This document shows positions 16,839 through 26,229 of a stretch of DNA of 38,427 nt, piece after piece. The DNA is from an uncultured Candidatus Saccharibacteria bacterium. GTDB taxonomy: Bacteria > Patescibacteriota > Andersenbacteria > UBA10190. The notes beneath the pieces were generated by a model. That model saw only the letters and a list, made by a program, of their open reading frames with translations, did no database searches and was not told where the DNA came from. Where the stretch lies: positions 1-38,427 of the forward strand of contig CAYPSL010000002.1 in the NCBI GenBank assembly GCA_964413615.1, written 5' to 3'. Numbering within the stretch: the stretch's first letter is position 1; every line of letters begins with the position of its first letter. The position numbers were made by a program, and so were the translations under genes.

Positions 16839-17943
16839 GGCAAGAGCGCTTTCTGCTACGAGCGGTGGAGTAAAATCATATGCCCGTGAGCTCATTACTC
16901 ATTTGCTTGCTGCGCATTCTCAAGAATCCTTCGAACTGATCTACGGCTCAGAAGGCGTTTCCGGATCATTTTCTTCAGCAAAAGAAACCGTTCTCCCTTT
17001 GCCTTCTGAATTATTATTGCCTTATTGGCTATCTGCTACAGTTGGACAATATGTAAAAACAAAAAACCCCTCCGTGGTCCACTATACAAAGGCTGCTATT
17101 CCTTTGCGTAGCACAGGTATCCCAACAGTAGTTACTATCTATGACATTATTCCTGAGTTTCTTCCTGAAACCCAATCTTTTTTGCGAAGAATGTATTGGC
17201 CATCTGTTCTGCGGCACGCATCTAATCATGCGGACCACGTTATAACTATTTCTGAGCAAAGCAAGCGCGATATTATTCAATATTATAAAATTCCCGAAGA
17301 TAAAATAACTGTTACGCCTCTTGCTGTTAATAGTTCGCATTTTTATCCTCGTCCTAGAAAGAATGGGGTGAAGCCATATATTTTATTTGTTGGAACGAGG
17401 GATCAACGGAAGAATATTTCATCACTTATTCGAGCATTTGCCTTACTTTCGAAAGAAATTCCTCATCAGTTAGTGATTGCTGGCAGGTCTGCGCATAAGC
17501 ATGATGAGTCGGACCGTATAGCGCAAGAGCTTAATATTGAAAATCGTGTGGAGTTTCGAGAGTACGTTCCGTACGAAGACTTGCCACAGCTTTACTCAGA
17601 TGCAGATCTTTTTGTGTGGCCGTCTATTTATGAAGGGTGGGGCTTTCCTCCACAAGAAGCTATGGCATGCGGAACGCCCGTTATTGTAAGTAATGGAGGG
17701 TCGCTTCCGGAGGTTGTGAGCGATGCGGGTATTATCGTTCCATTTTCTACATCAGATTTACATGGGCGTATGAATGATGATTCTTTTATTCAGATGCTTA
17801 CGATTCGCATGCGAGAAGTGTTAGAAGATGCCAATCTTGCTAATAAGCTTCGTGCTGATGGATTGTTGCAGTCAAAAAAGTTTTCCTGGCAGGGTGTTGC
17901 GGAAAAGACTTGGGATGTATATAGGCGTGTAAGCGTTCTATGA
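16822..17943 (+). CDS. GT4 family glycosyltransferase
   Basis: 373 aa. YILFVGTRDQRKN. EX7E motif EGWGFPPQEAMACGTPVIVS. Confidence 0.85.
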   Translation: MNVIIEARALSATSGGVKSYARELITHLLAAHSQESFELIYGSEGVSGSFSSAKETVLPLPSELLLPYWLSATVGQYVKTKNPSVVHYTKAAIPLRSTGIPTVVTIYDIIPEFLPETQSFLRRMYWPSVLRHASNHADHVITISEQSKRDIIQYYKIPEDKITVTPLAVNSSHFYPRPRKNGVKPYILFVGTRDQRKNISSLIRAFALLSKEIPHQLVIAGRSAHKHDESDRIAQELNIENRVEFREYVPYEDLPQLYSDADLFVWPSIYEGWGFPPQEAMACGTPVIVSNGGSLPEVVSDAGIIVPFSTSDLHGRMNDDSFIQMLTIRMREVLEDANLANKLRADGLLQSKKFSWQGVAEKTWDVYRRVSVL

Positions 17944-19061
17944 AGGCTCATGTGGGAATTATTACGAATGCCGCTGCTCATTCCGGTGTTGGTGTGCGTG
18001 CGTATGAGATAGCGCGTCGTATAGGAAAGTCTGGCGATATCTCCAGCCCGCTTATTATGCTAAATGGCGAGAAAAATTCTTTAGAGATATCCGGAAATAC
18101 CGTAAAAACAATTTCACGATGGCCTGGAATATTTGGATCAAAGAGTGTTTCTTGGATTCGTCTTGCTCGGCATCTGCCGGATTTTGATGTATATGATATT
18201 TCAAATCAAACGCTTTCTTTTATTGCTAAAAGAAAGCGGCCATCTGTTATTACCGTGCATGATATTATCGAGCTGACAAACCCGCAAGATCAGAATGCGC
18301 GACTCCTGAACACATATCTTCTCGGAGGTATCACGGCGGCTAATCGTATTATTGCAGTTTCTGAATATACAAAGCGATCACTCATGAGTTATTTTCGTAT
18401 ACCGGAAGCCTCTATCACTGTTATTCATAATGGCGTAGGGGCTGAATATAAAAGAATTTTAAATTTTCGTTCTACGATAGGGTATCGTCAGCTTGTTCGG
18501 GAATGGGGAATAGGGGGTAAAGGCCCTATTATTGCTTCTGTTGGATCGGAGCATCCTCGAAAAAACATAAAGACAATTCTTCGGGTTGTTGCCTCTCTAA
18601 AAAAAGAATTCCCCGATATTCTCCTTGTAAAAGTGGGGAACCCTGGGATTCTTTCGGGAAGAGTAGAAGTGCTTAAGCTTATTGATGAGTTGGGATTGCG
18701 GGATAATGTGAAGCTTGTGAGCAATGTTTCAGCAGAAAGAATTAATGAGCTATACAACATCGCGACTTGCCTGCTATTCCCTTCTCGGCACGAAGGGTTT
18801 GGGCTCCCTCCCCTTGAAGCAATGGCTTCTGGGTGCCCTGTTGTGTGTTCAAATGCTACATCTCTTCCTGAAATAGTTGGGGATGCGGCCGTTCTCCATG
18901 ACCCAGATGACGTTACCGGTTTTACGGAGAGTATCTCTAAGTTTGCGAATAATGATGCATATGCAAAGGGGTATAGCAATAAAGGAATAGAGCAATCAAG
19001 AAAATTTTCATGGGATGCAGCTGCAAGTGCTACCGAGAATGTATACAGGAGCTTACTTTAA
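17940..19061 (+). CDS. GT4 family glycosyltransferase
   Basis: 373 aa. [15 protein letters not shown]7E motif [20 protein letters not shown]. Confidence 0.85.
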   Translation: MKAHVGIITNAAAHSGVGVRAYEIARRIGKSGDISSPLIMLNGEKNSLEISGNTVKTISRWPGIFGSKSVSWIRLARHLPDFDVYDISNQTLSFIAKRKRPSVITVHDIIELTNPQDQNARLLNTYLLGGITAANRIIAVSEYTKRSLMSYFRIPEASITVIHNGVGAEYKRILNFRSTIGYRQLVREWGIGGKGPIIASVGSEHPRKNIKTILRVVASLKKEFPDILLVKVGNPGILSGRVEVLKLIDELGLRDNVKLVSNVSAERINELYNIATCLLFPSRHEGFGLPPLEAMASGCPVVCSNATSLPEIVGDAAVLHDPDDVTGFTESISKFANNDAYAKGYSNKGIEQSRKFSWDAAASATENVYRSLL

Positions 19062-21344
19062 TATAATGTTCCTCTTTAGGAAAAAAGCGGCAAAGACGAA
19101 TGTCGATAAACTTATAATTGCGCCAATGAAAATCCCGGGCGGAGTGTAGGTAATGGAAACTTCTTTATCTAGCGCGGCGGGTAATTCTGCGCCCACAAGG
19201 CTAGCGTCTGGATTTATTTTGCCATAGCTTGAATGCCAACCTTTTGCATAGTTTGTGTTTATGGTGATGACCGTATTGTTTTCAGATGAATAAGAAAATT
19301 TTATCGTATTAGGTGACCATGATAGAAGTTTTACTGAAGTATTCTCGCTAGAGGATAGGTATGCAGGCGCTATTGTTCCCGCAGCGGTTGTAATTACGCT
19401 ATTTTTAGGCCCTAAAACTGCGCAAAAAGATGATGTACCATATCCTTTTAGGATAGCTCCATAGGAACGAGGAACGTCCCGACCCTGATGCCTAAATTCA
19501 TACATTTCAGATAAATGCGAGATTGGCGCTGATGTCCGCGGAATATTTTCGGTGATCGGAGGGATAACAAAGCCTTGCTCAGCGATAGGGTATGCAAGAC
19601 TTATAAGGTCAATAGAAATAAAGCCCAATAGAATCAATAAGGCTCCTGCGTGGTATGGGGATCGTAAAGAAAGAACCCTTTTTACTCCAAAGCCGGCCAA
19701 TATGCCTCCACAGAGAATGGAGAATAGAACAAGTCTTGATATGTTCGATCGGGGAATAAAGGGCAAATAAGCAAGTACTGGTGCGAGCAATGGCCCAATT
19801 GAAGACATGATAAGTGTTATAACCATGCCAAGAATAAGAACACGAACGATTTTGGATTGCTTCGCATAAGAAATACCAAGAAGAGCGCACGCGAATGTTC
19901 CATACCCGATATATGCCCCATATTCGTGCCATAGGCTCAGTTGATTTTTAAGAACAAACACCCCTTGCATGTATCGACCGAAAAATATATCCCAAAATCT
20001 TGCATAGGTATAAGTTGATCCAACAAATGCCTGATCTGGAAATTGCTTTAACCAAAAGAGGGTAGGAATTAATTGGAAGCTTCCGAGACCAATCATCCAA
20101 GTTCCTGCAAAAAGTGATATTAAACACGCTTTCTTTCTATTATTTGCAAGCCCTATAAAGGCACCAAATGCGAGTGCGGTGTAGCTTAAAATGTAAATTC
20201 CACCTTGAAGCAGCGCCAAGGTAAGAAATATTCCGCAAAGAAATGCCCATTTTGAGTAGGCAGGTCTTGGCGCCCTGTAGGCTGTTAGCCAAGCAAAAAG
20301 TGCCCATGGTATCCACATAAATGCAAAAATAATCGTTGTGTGACCCTCTGCTGTTTTTAGTAGTAACGCGCTACTAAAAAGGACAATGATTGCTGAAAGT
20401 AAGGCCGCGAGTGGGGGGAGTTGTAATGTTTTTGCAAGCCGCGCAACCCCAAGGCCTGTAATAATAAAACACAATATAATTGATATGCCTGTCCCCATTT
20501 CTTCTCCTAGGAGGAATTGAAGAAGGAAATAAGGGGTAACAAGGGAAAATTCTGGATCGCCAAGTCCCGCAGCTCCTCCGCAAATATATGGATTCCAGAA
20601 AGGTATTTGATGGTACTCTTTGATTGTTGCGCTATAAATATGCGCAAGAGAGTAGCGATAATCCCAATCGTTGATTCCCCATTGGCCCCCGTGAGAAATA
20701 TAGGGATATAGCGTTGCTATGGAGCACAGAATAATAATCCCATATACAATGAGCCACTTAAAAGATATGCGAATGGGTAGATTGTGGAGTAGCACAAAAG
20801 ATATTCCCAAGAAAGTCCCAATTATTATTCCTATAGTTGCGCCCAGACTAATTGGTTCTTTGTATATAATGGAAAGCACGATTGGTGCCTGAAGAGAATC
20901 TTCTGGCATTGCATTGGAGAGAAGCGCTATTTTTTCTTTGTGCGACGGAGAAATTACAAGCTCGAAGGATTCATTCTTGGGAAAGAGTCCAGGAGTAAAC
21001 AACATTTGGATTGCAGGTGCTCCGGATTGAGGGAAGTGTGTGTGCTGCCAATACTTTTTTGCAATAATGGCTCCTTTAGAGTTGCGTATGTGTGCATTTA
21101 TGAGTGTTTCGGCACTTGCTTCATCGGCAGCATATACAATAATGCCTTTTGGCTGCTTTTCTGGGTAAGGAAACTTGATTACTAGTGGAGCTTCTTTTGA
21201 TATAGAAAGAGGCGTAGTTGGCGCATGGAGCTCCTGAAATGTTTGGGGGTCATATTCTCCAAGCGTAGTATAAAATACCCACCCTATCGCAAATATGGCT
21301 GTGCTTATAAGGATTGTAGAGATGATGCTCTTTGGGCGTTGCAT
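19053..21344 (-). CDS. Very large polytopic membrane protein, YfhO-like GT-C candidate
   Basis: 763 aa. An N-terminal TM is followed by about 150 aa of soluble sequence and then many TM spans. The loop [35 protein letters not shown] resembles, from memory, the conserved ..PLWNPY..GG. loop of YfhO-type proteins. C-terminal soluble domain. Confidence 0.5.
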   Translation of the reverse strand: MQRPKSIISTILISTAIFAIGWVFYTTLGEYDPQTFQELHAPTTPLSISKEAPLVIKFPYPEKQPKGIIVYAADEASAETLINAHIRNSKGAIIAKKYWQHTHFPQSGAPAIQMLFTPGLFPKNESFELVISPSHKEKIALLSNAMPEDSLQAPIVLSIIYKEPISLGATIGIIIGTFLGISFVLLHNLPIRISFKWLIVYGIIILCSIATLYPYISHGGQWGINDWDYRYSLAHIYSATIKEYHQIPFWNPYICGGAAGLGDPEFSLVTPYFLLQFLLGEEMGTGISIILCFIITGLGVARLAKTLQLPPLAALLSAIIVLFSSALLLKTAEGHTTIIFAFMWIPWALFAWLTAYRAPRPAYSKWAFLCGIFLTLALLQGGIYILSYTALAFGAFIGLANNRKKACLISLFAGTWMIGLGSFQLIPTLFWLKQFPDQAFVGSTYTYARFWDIFFGRYMQGVFVLKNQLSLWHEYGAYIGYGTFACALLGISYAKQSKIVRVLILGMVITLIMSSIGPLLAPVLAYLPFIPRSNISRLVLFSILCGGILAGFGVKRVLSLRSPYHAGALLILLGFISIDLISLAYPIAEQGFVIPPITENIPRTSAPISHLSEMYEFRHQGRDVPRSYGAILKGYGTSSFCAVLGPKNSVITTAAGTIAPAYLSSSENTSVKLLSWSPNTIKFSYSSENNTVITINTNYAKGWHSSYGKINPDASLVGAELPAALDKEVSITYTPPGIFIGAIISLSTFVFAAFFLKRNIILK

Positions 21345-21370
21345 ATACTTAAAAGTATACCTGAAGTATA
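21344..21370. promoter_or_regulatory. Inverted repeat TATACTT-AA-AAGTATA (21344..21359) plus a third AAGTATA (21364..21370) in a divergent intergenic region; opposing -10-like hexamers or an operator
   Basis: Read directly from the sequence. TATACT lies on the + strand at 21344..21349. TATACT lies on the - strand at 21359->21354, 9 nt before the ATG at 21344, and again at 21370->21365. Confidence 0.3.
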
Positions 21371-21416
21371 TAGGGAGTTTTTCATAAATCTGCTACGCTT
21401 TATACGTATCTATATT

Positions 21417-22637
21417 ATGGCAAAAATCCTGTTTTTATCTGCTCAGTATCCCCCTGAGTCTAAGGGGGGAGGGGAAATATCTACCCATATTATTGCGCAA
21501 GGGCTAACGAAGCTCGGGCATACTGTCGATGTTATTACGGATGGGCCAAGCGACGCTGTGCGTGAAGTTGACGGTATTCATGTGCGCTCATTGCCGCTTG
21601 GATTAAAAATGAAGCCCCTATTTGAACGATTTCACAGTATTAGTTCGTCAGTAATATTGTCTCGAGCGGTTCGGGATTTTGCTTCTTACGATATTATCCA
21701 TGCTCATGACTTTCGTAGTGCGCTCATGCTTTCACGCTTTCGTCTTCCTAATATGGTAGTTACTGCTCGTGATTATGCTCAAATAGCGGGATGTACTAAT
21801 AATATTCAGGCCAATGGTAATATCGACCCGGGTTGCCAAGGCATGCACGAACTATTTCATTGTCATCGTATTGCAGAGGCGTCAATTATTCGAAAGCCGT
21901 TTCGTATGTGGCAATATATGTACAATAAGGAATATCGCAAACAAGCGTTTGCGTCTTTCCCGAAGCAGATATTTATTTCAGGGGCTCAGAAGGACAGTAT
22001 CGCGAAATATCCAGATATTTCTTCGCAGCGTACCGCAGTTATTTATAACCCCATTTCAGAAGATTTTTTATCAGAACCTCTCAAAAAGGGGGTAAATGGT
22101 AATGTGCTGTATGCTGGAAGGGTAGAAATGTATAAGGGGGTTCTCCTTTTATTGCGCGCATGGCGCACTATTGCCGCAAGTTCTCGACAGGCTCATCTAT
22201 ATATCGCGGGTGATGGAGCACAGAGAGAAGAGTATGAACGCCTAGTCGCAACCTGGGGGCTTCAGTATAGAGTTACTTTTATTCCCCATGTTCCGTACCA
22301 TCGATTACAGGCAATGATTAATGAATGTGAAATATTTGTTGCACCGCATCTCTGGGTTGAGCCATTCGGAAGGACTGTTATTGAGGGAATGGCTCGAGGC
22401 AAACTTGTGATATCTTCAAATGTAGGTGGCCCAGCGGAAATTATTACTCATGGAAAAACAGGGCTTTTATTTGAGCGAAATTCACTTTCGGGCTTAGAGG
22501 AAGCTCTTCGAACGGCACTTGCAATGGGGCATTATGATAAAAAGGAAATAGGAATTGCTGCGCGCGATTTTGTGCGTGACACGTTACGTCCAGAGCAAAT
22601 TGCCCAACAGCACGTAGAATTTTACGAAGATATTTGA
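21417..22637 (+). CDS. GT4 family glycosyltransferase
   Basis: The track ORF (21225) is trimmed to ATG 21417 (MAKILFLSAQYPPESKGGGEIS), because the extension overlaps the divergent gene. EX7E-like motif EPFGRTVIEGMARG. 406 aa. Confidence 0.85.
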   Translation: MAKILFLSAQYPPESKGGGEISTHIIAQGLTKLGHTVDVITDGPSDAVREVDGIHVRSLPLGLKMKPLFERFHSISSSVILSRAVRDFASYDIIHAHDFRSALMLSRFRLPNMVVTARDYAQIAGCTNNIQANGNIDPGCQGMHELFHCHRIAEASIIRKPFRMWQYMYNKEYRKQAFASFPKQIFISGAQKDSIAKYPDISSQRTAVIYNPISEDFLSEPLKKGVNGNVLYAGRVEMYKGVLLLLRAWRTIAASSRQAHLYIAGDGAQREEYERLVATWGLQYRVTFIPHVPYHRLQAMINECEIFVAPHLWVEPFGRTVIEGMARGKLVISSNVGGPAEIITHGKTGLLFERNSLSGLEEALRTALAMGHYDKKEIGIAARDFVRDTLRPEQIAQQHVEFYEDI

Positions 22638-23677
22638 TCCAACACCATTTTAGGGGTAATTGCTAGCATTGTTTCGTGAGGATTTGTTCCCATGCTTGGC
22701 GCAAGTTCGGTGTTGTATACGGGTATTGTGCCTGGCGCGCGTACTACTACACTACCTTTCCCGCGTGGGCCGGTTTGAATTTCGCTGGTTGGGCCAAAAA
22801 GGCTGATAACTTGTGTGCCGGAGGCTGCTGCAAGATGCATAAGTCCGCTGTCGTTTGAAATAAGAAATTTGCAGTAGCTGAGAAGCGATGCGGTAGTCAT
22901 AAGTGATGCCGAAACTGTTCGGGCTGCGTCGGGAAATTTCTTATGTATAGCTTTTTCTATCTCTCCATTTTGTTCCAGCTCGTTATTATCTCCAAACAGC
23001 AAGATTTTAACATTATTATCTTTCTCAAGAAGAGCTATCGCAACTTCTACGAATCGTTCAAGCGGCCAACGTTTCCAGGTAAAGTTGGGAGCAGATCCTG
23101 CATGGATGCCTATTATTGAAGTATTTGGTTTAAAGTTATACTCATCCAGAATTCTCTTCGCTTCTTTTTTGTTGGTATTTGGAATTTGAATAGAGTAAAA
23201 GGGTACGGGATTTGGATAAATATTTAGTGGATTCAAGAGCTGTAAATTTTGTTCAATATCATGAAGATCTTCATTCTCGTTGATTGCATTCGTAAGAAGA
23301 AAAGATGATTTCGCGTTATTCCCTAATGGATATGCATTTCCAATTCTCATAGGAACGCCAGCGAGATACAGGTATCCAGCGCTCTTCATAAGTTGCCCTG
23401 GCGACAGGACAATGCCATTGCCATACCTACGTTTTCTTAATAGTTGAATGGTAGATATATGCCCCATGATCGAGTTTTTTATCGGCATTTCTAGTACTTC
23501 ATCTATGTATGGCTGGGCTTTTGCGAGCTGCGCGGTACCTCGAGGGGCGACCCATACAGTTACGTGCCAATCGGGGTGCGCATGTTTGAGCGCAGCAATT
23601 GTGGGCAGTTGCATTACGAGATTACCGATACCGGAAAGTGCAAGAAATATGATGCTATTAGGGTTTGAATTCTTCAT
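22622..23677 (-). CDS. GT9 family glycosyltransferase (heptosyltransferase-like)
   Basis: 351 aa. IIFLALSGIGNLVMQLPTIAALKHAHPDWHVTVWV, IGIHAGSAPNFTWKRWPLERF, LISNDSGLMHLAAASGTQVISLFGPT. Confidence 0.8.
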   Translation of the reverse strand: MKNSNPNSIIFLALSGIGNLVMQLPTIAALKHAHPDWHVTVWVAPRGTAQLAKAQPYIDEVLEMPIKNSIMGHISTIQLLRKRRYGNGIVLSPGQLMKSAGYLYLAGVPMRIGNAYPLGNNAKSSFLLTNAINENEDLHDIEQNLQLLNPLNIYPNPVPFYSIQIPNTNKKEAKRILDEYNFKPNTSIIGIHAGSAPNFTWKRWPLERFVEVAIALLEKDNNVKILLFGDNNELEQNGEIEKAIHKKFPDAARTVSASLMTTASLLSYCKFLISNDSGLMHLAAASGTQVISLFGPTSEIQTGPRGKGSVVVRAPGTIPVYNTELAPSMGTNPHETMLAITPKMVLDQISS

Positions 23678-24803
23678 AAAGTGCTAGTAGCTTCTTAATT
23701 GATGTATCCCAAGTAAAATTCTGATGAACATGCTGTTTTCCATATGCGCCGAAGCGTTTTTTGAGCCCCTCTGTTGTATAGAGGGTAATAATGGATTGCA
23801 CTAGTTCATCGTGGGTAGAAAATAGAAGGCCTGCTTGTTCGTGTGGAACAACGTAGGGGATGGCCGATGTGTTTCGAGCAATAACAGGTAAACCCGCAGC
23901 CATAGCTTCTGCAAGCACAATTCCAAAGGCTTCGTAGTAGGAGGCATGAACAAATATATCCGCATGTTGATATGCACAAACTAATTCACTGTCTGACAGT
24001 TTTCATAAAAATCGCACCCGACTCTCAACTCCAAGATGGCGAGCAATTGCAAGTAAGCTGTGGGCGTACCCAAAGTCTTCTCCTGCTATTACCAGATTGA
24101 TATCCGGAATTTTTTTTGCTAAATCGGGAAGGGCTCGAACAATATCCTGTAATCCCTTTGCTCGAGATATGCGGGAAACCGTGAGTAGAATAGTTCCTGA
24201 AATTGATCGCTCTGCAAAAGGATTGTCTGCCAGCGTATTAAAAATCGCAGTGTCTATTCCTGGGGGAATTAACTCAAATCGTTTTACTGGCATGTGGGAA
24301 TCCTCTATTAATTTCTGTTCAAAGGGTGATATTACAACTACGATATCTGCTGCCGCAAAAGTTAACCGCCCTATCGTGTTTTTATACAATTGCCATATTG
24401 ATTTTTTGCGTACCCTGTTTTCGTAATAAATGGGGTGGAATATAAATGGGATATGATTTTTCCTTGCGTATCGCGCAGAAGAATCAGCTGCTTGGTACCA
24501 AAAACCGTAGCTTTCTATAATGTCCGGCTTATGATGATCAATATAATACGATAACGCTTGGAGTCGGGGATATGAAATAAATGGTGTAGAAGAGGTAAAA
24601 AGACGTTGTAGGTATATTGGGTCATCTAAGAGTTCTTCTGGCGGCAAGAGAGTGATAGGGCCATGAGTCCTCATGGCACTTGAGATGACGCGAACATCTC
24701 GACCAGCTTCCACGTTGCGAGTTCGAGTTACTAAGTTTTTTACATATACCTCTGCGCCTCCGCTTGCGGGAGGATAGCGTAAAGTTGTATGGATAATTCT
24801 CAT
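23658..24803 (-). pseudogene. GT4 glycosyltransferase interrupted by a single in-frame TGA (24003..24005); a nonsense allele, sequencing error or recoding site
   Basis: Track ORFs 24003..24803 and 23658..23918 are in the same frame. Manual translation across the gap gives ...VESRVRFL-TGA-KLSDSELVCAYQHADIFVHASYYEAFGIVLAEAMAAGLPVIARN... with no other stop or frameshift. The total of 381 codons is typical for GT4. The EX7E motif (EAFGIVLAE) lies downstream of the TGA. Confidence 0.7.
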
Positions 24804-25573
24804 AGAGCAAGGTATTTTTTTGCCATTTCATATTCATAATACGCCGAAAGGCCACTCCATATAATACCTTGAACACCGTCTAGTATCCCCTTTTTGTATA
24901 TAAGGAGCTTTATGAACTGCTTGGATGCCAGTTTATATGGAAGAAAAGGCGACTTTCTTACTGATTTACCAGACCGATGCACAGAATTTTTTTCCATATC
25001 TTGAGCATCTAGTGTAGTGTATTGATGCATTTTTTTTAAGTAGGATGCTATCGTTTGGTGCGAATAGTGAATAATGGGGGATTCAATTTCTCCGGATATC
25101 CCATCTTTGTACTGCACAACTGTTCCTGTTGAGGCGTATACGAGCTGCTCATGCACATTCTTATCTGTCCAAGAAGCGGTGCCCTTTTTTATAAAACGAG
25201 GGTTGTGACCGGCAAGATGGGGCATTTTTTTGCCAAGAAAAATATCTTCTATTGTAATCCAGTACACGTCCTTATCCATATTTTCGAGTATGCGAATAAG
25301 AGACTCCTGAAGCTCTGGGGAAATACGCTCGTCTGCATCCAGAAAGAAAAGAGCATCGCCAGCTGCCTTTGAAATGCCAAAGTTTTTTTGTTTTCCGTAC
25401 CCTTCCCACGATTTTTCTATAACCTTTGCGCCGTGCTTGATTGCTATTGCCCTTGTTTGATCGACGCTATTTGCATCAATAACAATAACTTCGTATGCAA
25501 ACGATGCGGAAGATATAGCATCTGCAATTACTGCTTCTTCATTCTTTGCGATAATTATAACGGAAAGCTTCAT
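24800..25573 (-). CDS. GT2 family glycosyltransferase
   Basis: 257 aa. LSVIIIAKNEE, VIVIDANSVDQT, FFLDADERI (DxD). Confidence 0.8.
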   Translation of the reverse strand: MKLSVIIIAKNEEAVIADAISSASFAYEVIVIDANSVDQTRAIAIKHGAKVIEKSWEGYGKQKNFGISKAAGDALFFLDADERISPELQESLIRILENMDKDVYWITIEDIFLGKKMPHLAGHNPRFIKKGTASWTDKNVHEQLVYASTGTVVQYKDGISGEIESPIIHYSHQTIASYLKKMHQYTTLDAQDMEKNSVHRSGKSVRKSPFLPYKLASKQFIKLLIYKKGILDGVQGIIWSGLSAYYEYEMAKKYLAL

Positions 25574-25575
25574 AG

Positions 25576-26229
25576 TTACGAGGAAATAATATCTGAAATG
25601 GTTTTAATCTGAATTGGAATCGATGTAATAAAATCTAAATGCGCTTCGAATTCATCCAGGAGAACGGAGTGGGAAAGGGGGGAAAGCTTCTTGGATACCA
25701 TATGGTATGTCTCAATAAGCCACAGGTCTCCAATGAATGCTTTTAGTGCGTGTGTATTTGCCCGTGCCGGAGAAAAATTCCTTTTACTGAAATTAATTGT
25801 TTTTAATCGCATGGAATCTCGGGGTGGAATTGTTTCAAATCCACGAGTAACTCCTCGGGCAGCAGTATAGTATTTAGAAGATTGTTTTACCACTCGATCG
25901 TTGTATGCCCCTCCTGGATATATGAGGGTGGTTGCAGAGAGTATTTTTGATGGTTCTTGTAGCTCTTTTATTAGGGCTTTATCGGCAAGCTCGGTAAGAT
26001 TTGTATGTGTCAAGCTATGTGCCGCGAGCTCATGTCCATCTAGTTTTGCTGCATGCTGCCAATCAGCAAGGGGCGCTAATTTTTCTCCCTCAATGCTGTT
26101 TTGTGGTGGATGTATCGGAATAGCAAAAACAGCTCGCACGTTATATTTTTTCAAAAGAGGGATGATCGCATCATATATAGCTTGGTACCCATCATCAAAA
26201 ACAAGAGTGATTGTACCTCGATTTCTCAT
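25576..26229 (-). CDS. Polysaccharide deacetylase (CE4 / NodB-homology domain)
   Basis: 217 aa. ITLVFDDGY (motif 1), AAHSLTH (H-S/T-x-x-H motif 2), IYPGGAYN. Confidence 0.8.
   Translation of the reverse strand: MRNRGTITLVFDDGYQAIYDAIIPLLKKYNVRAVFAIPIHPPQNSIEGEKLAPLADWQHAAKLDGHELAAHSLTHTNLTELADKALIKELQEPSKILSATTLIYPGGAYNDRVVKQSSKYYTAARGVTRGFETIPPRDSMRLKTINFSKRNFSPARANTHALKAFIGDLWLIETYHMVSKKLSPLSHSVLLDEFEAHLDFITSIPIQIKTISDIISS

Noticed and set aside
23988-24005. Considered selenocysteine insertion at the TGA, prompted by the small hairpin 2 nt downstream.
   Set aside because: The aligned residue in the paralogues is G/R/S/P, not Cys, and this is not a redox site. The hairpin has only a 5-bp stem and a 3-nt loop, far smaller than a bacterial SECIS element. 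No selA/selB/selD genes are seen in the window.
23658-24803. Considered whether the in-frame TGA means TGA is read as glycine (genetic code 25, as in SR1/Gracilibacteria), since two of the five aligned GT4 paralogues have Gly there.
   Set aside because: Many genes in the window terminate at TGA at family-typical lengths (1081, 8776, 9696, 12092, 16836, 17941, 22635, and the minus-strand ATGA junctions). Reading through 1081..1083 runs straight into the convergent gene. No other gene needs TGA read-through to be full length. Standard code 11 fits.
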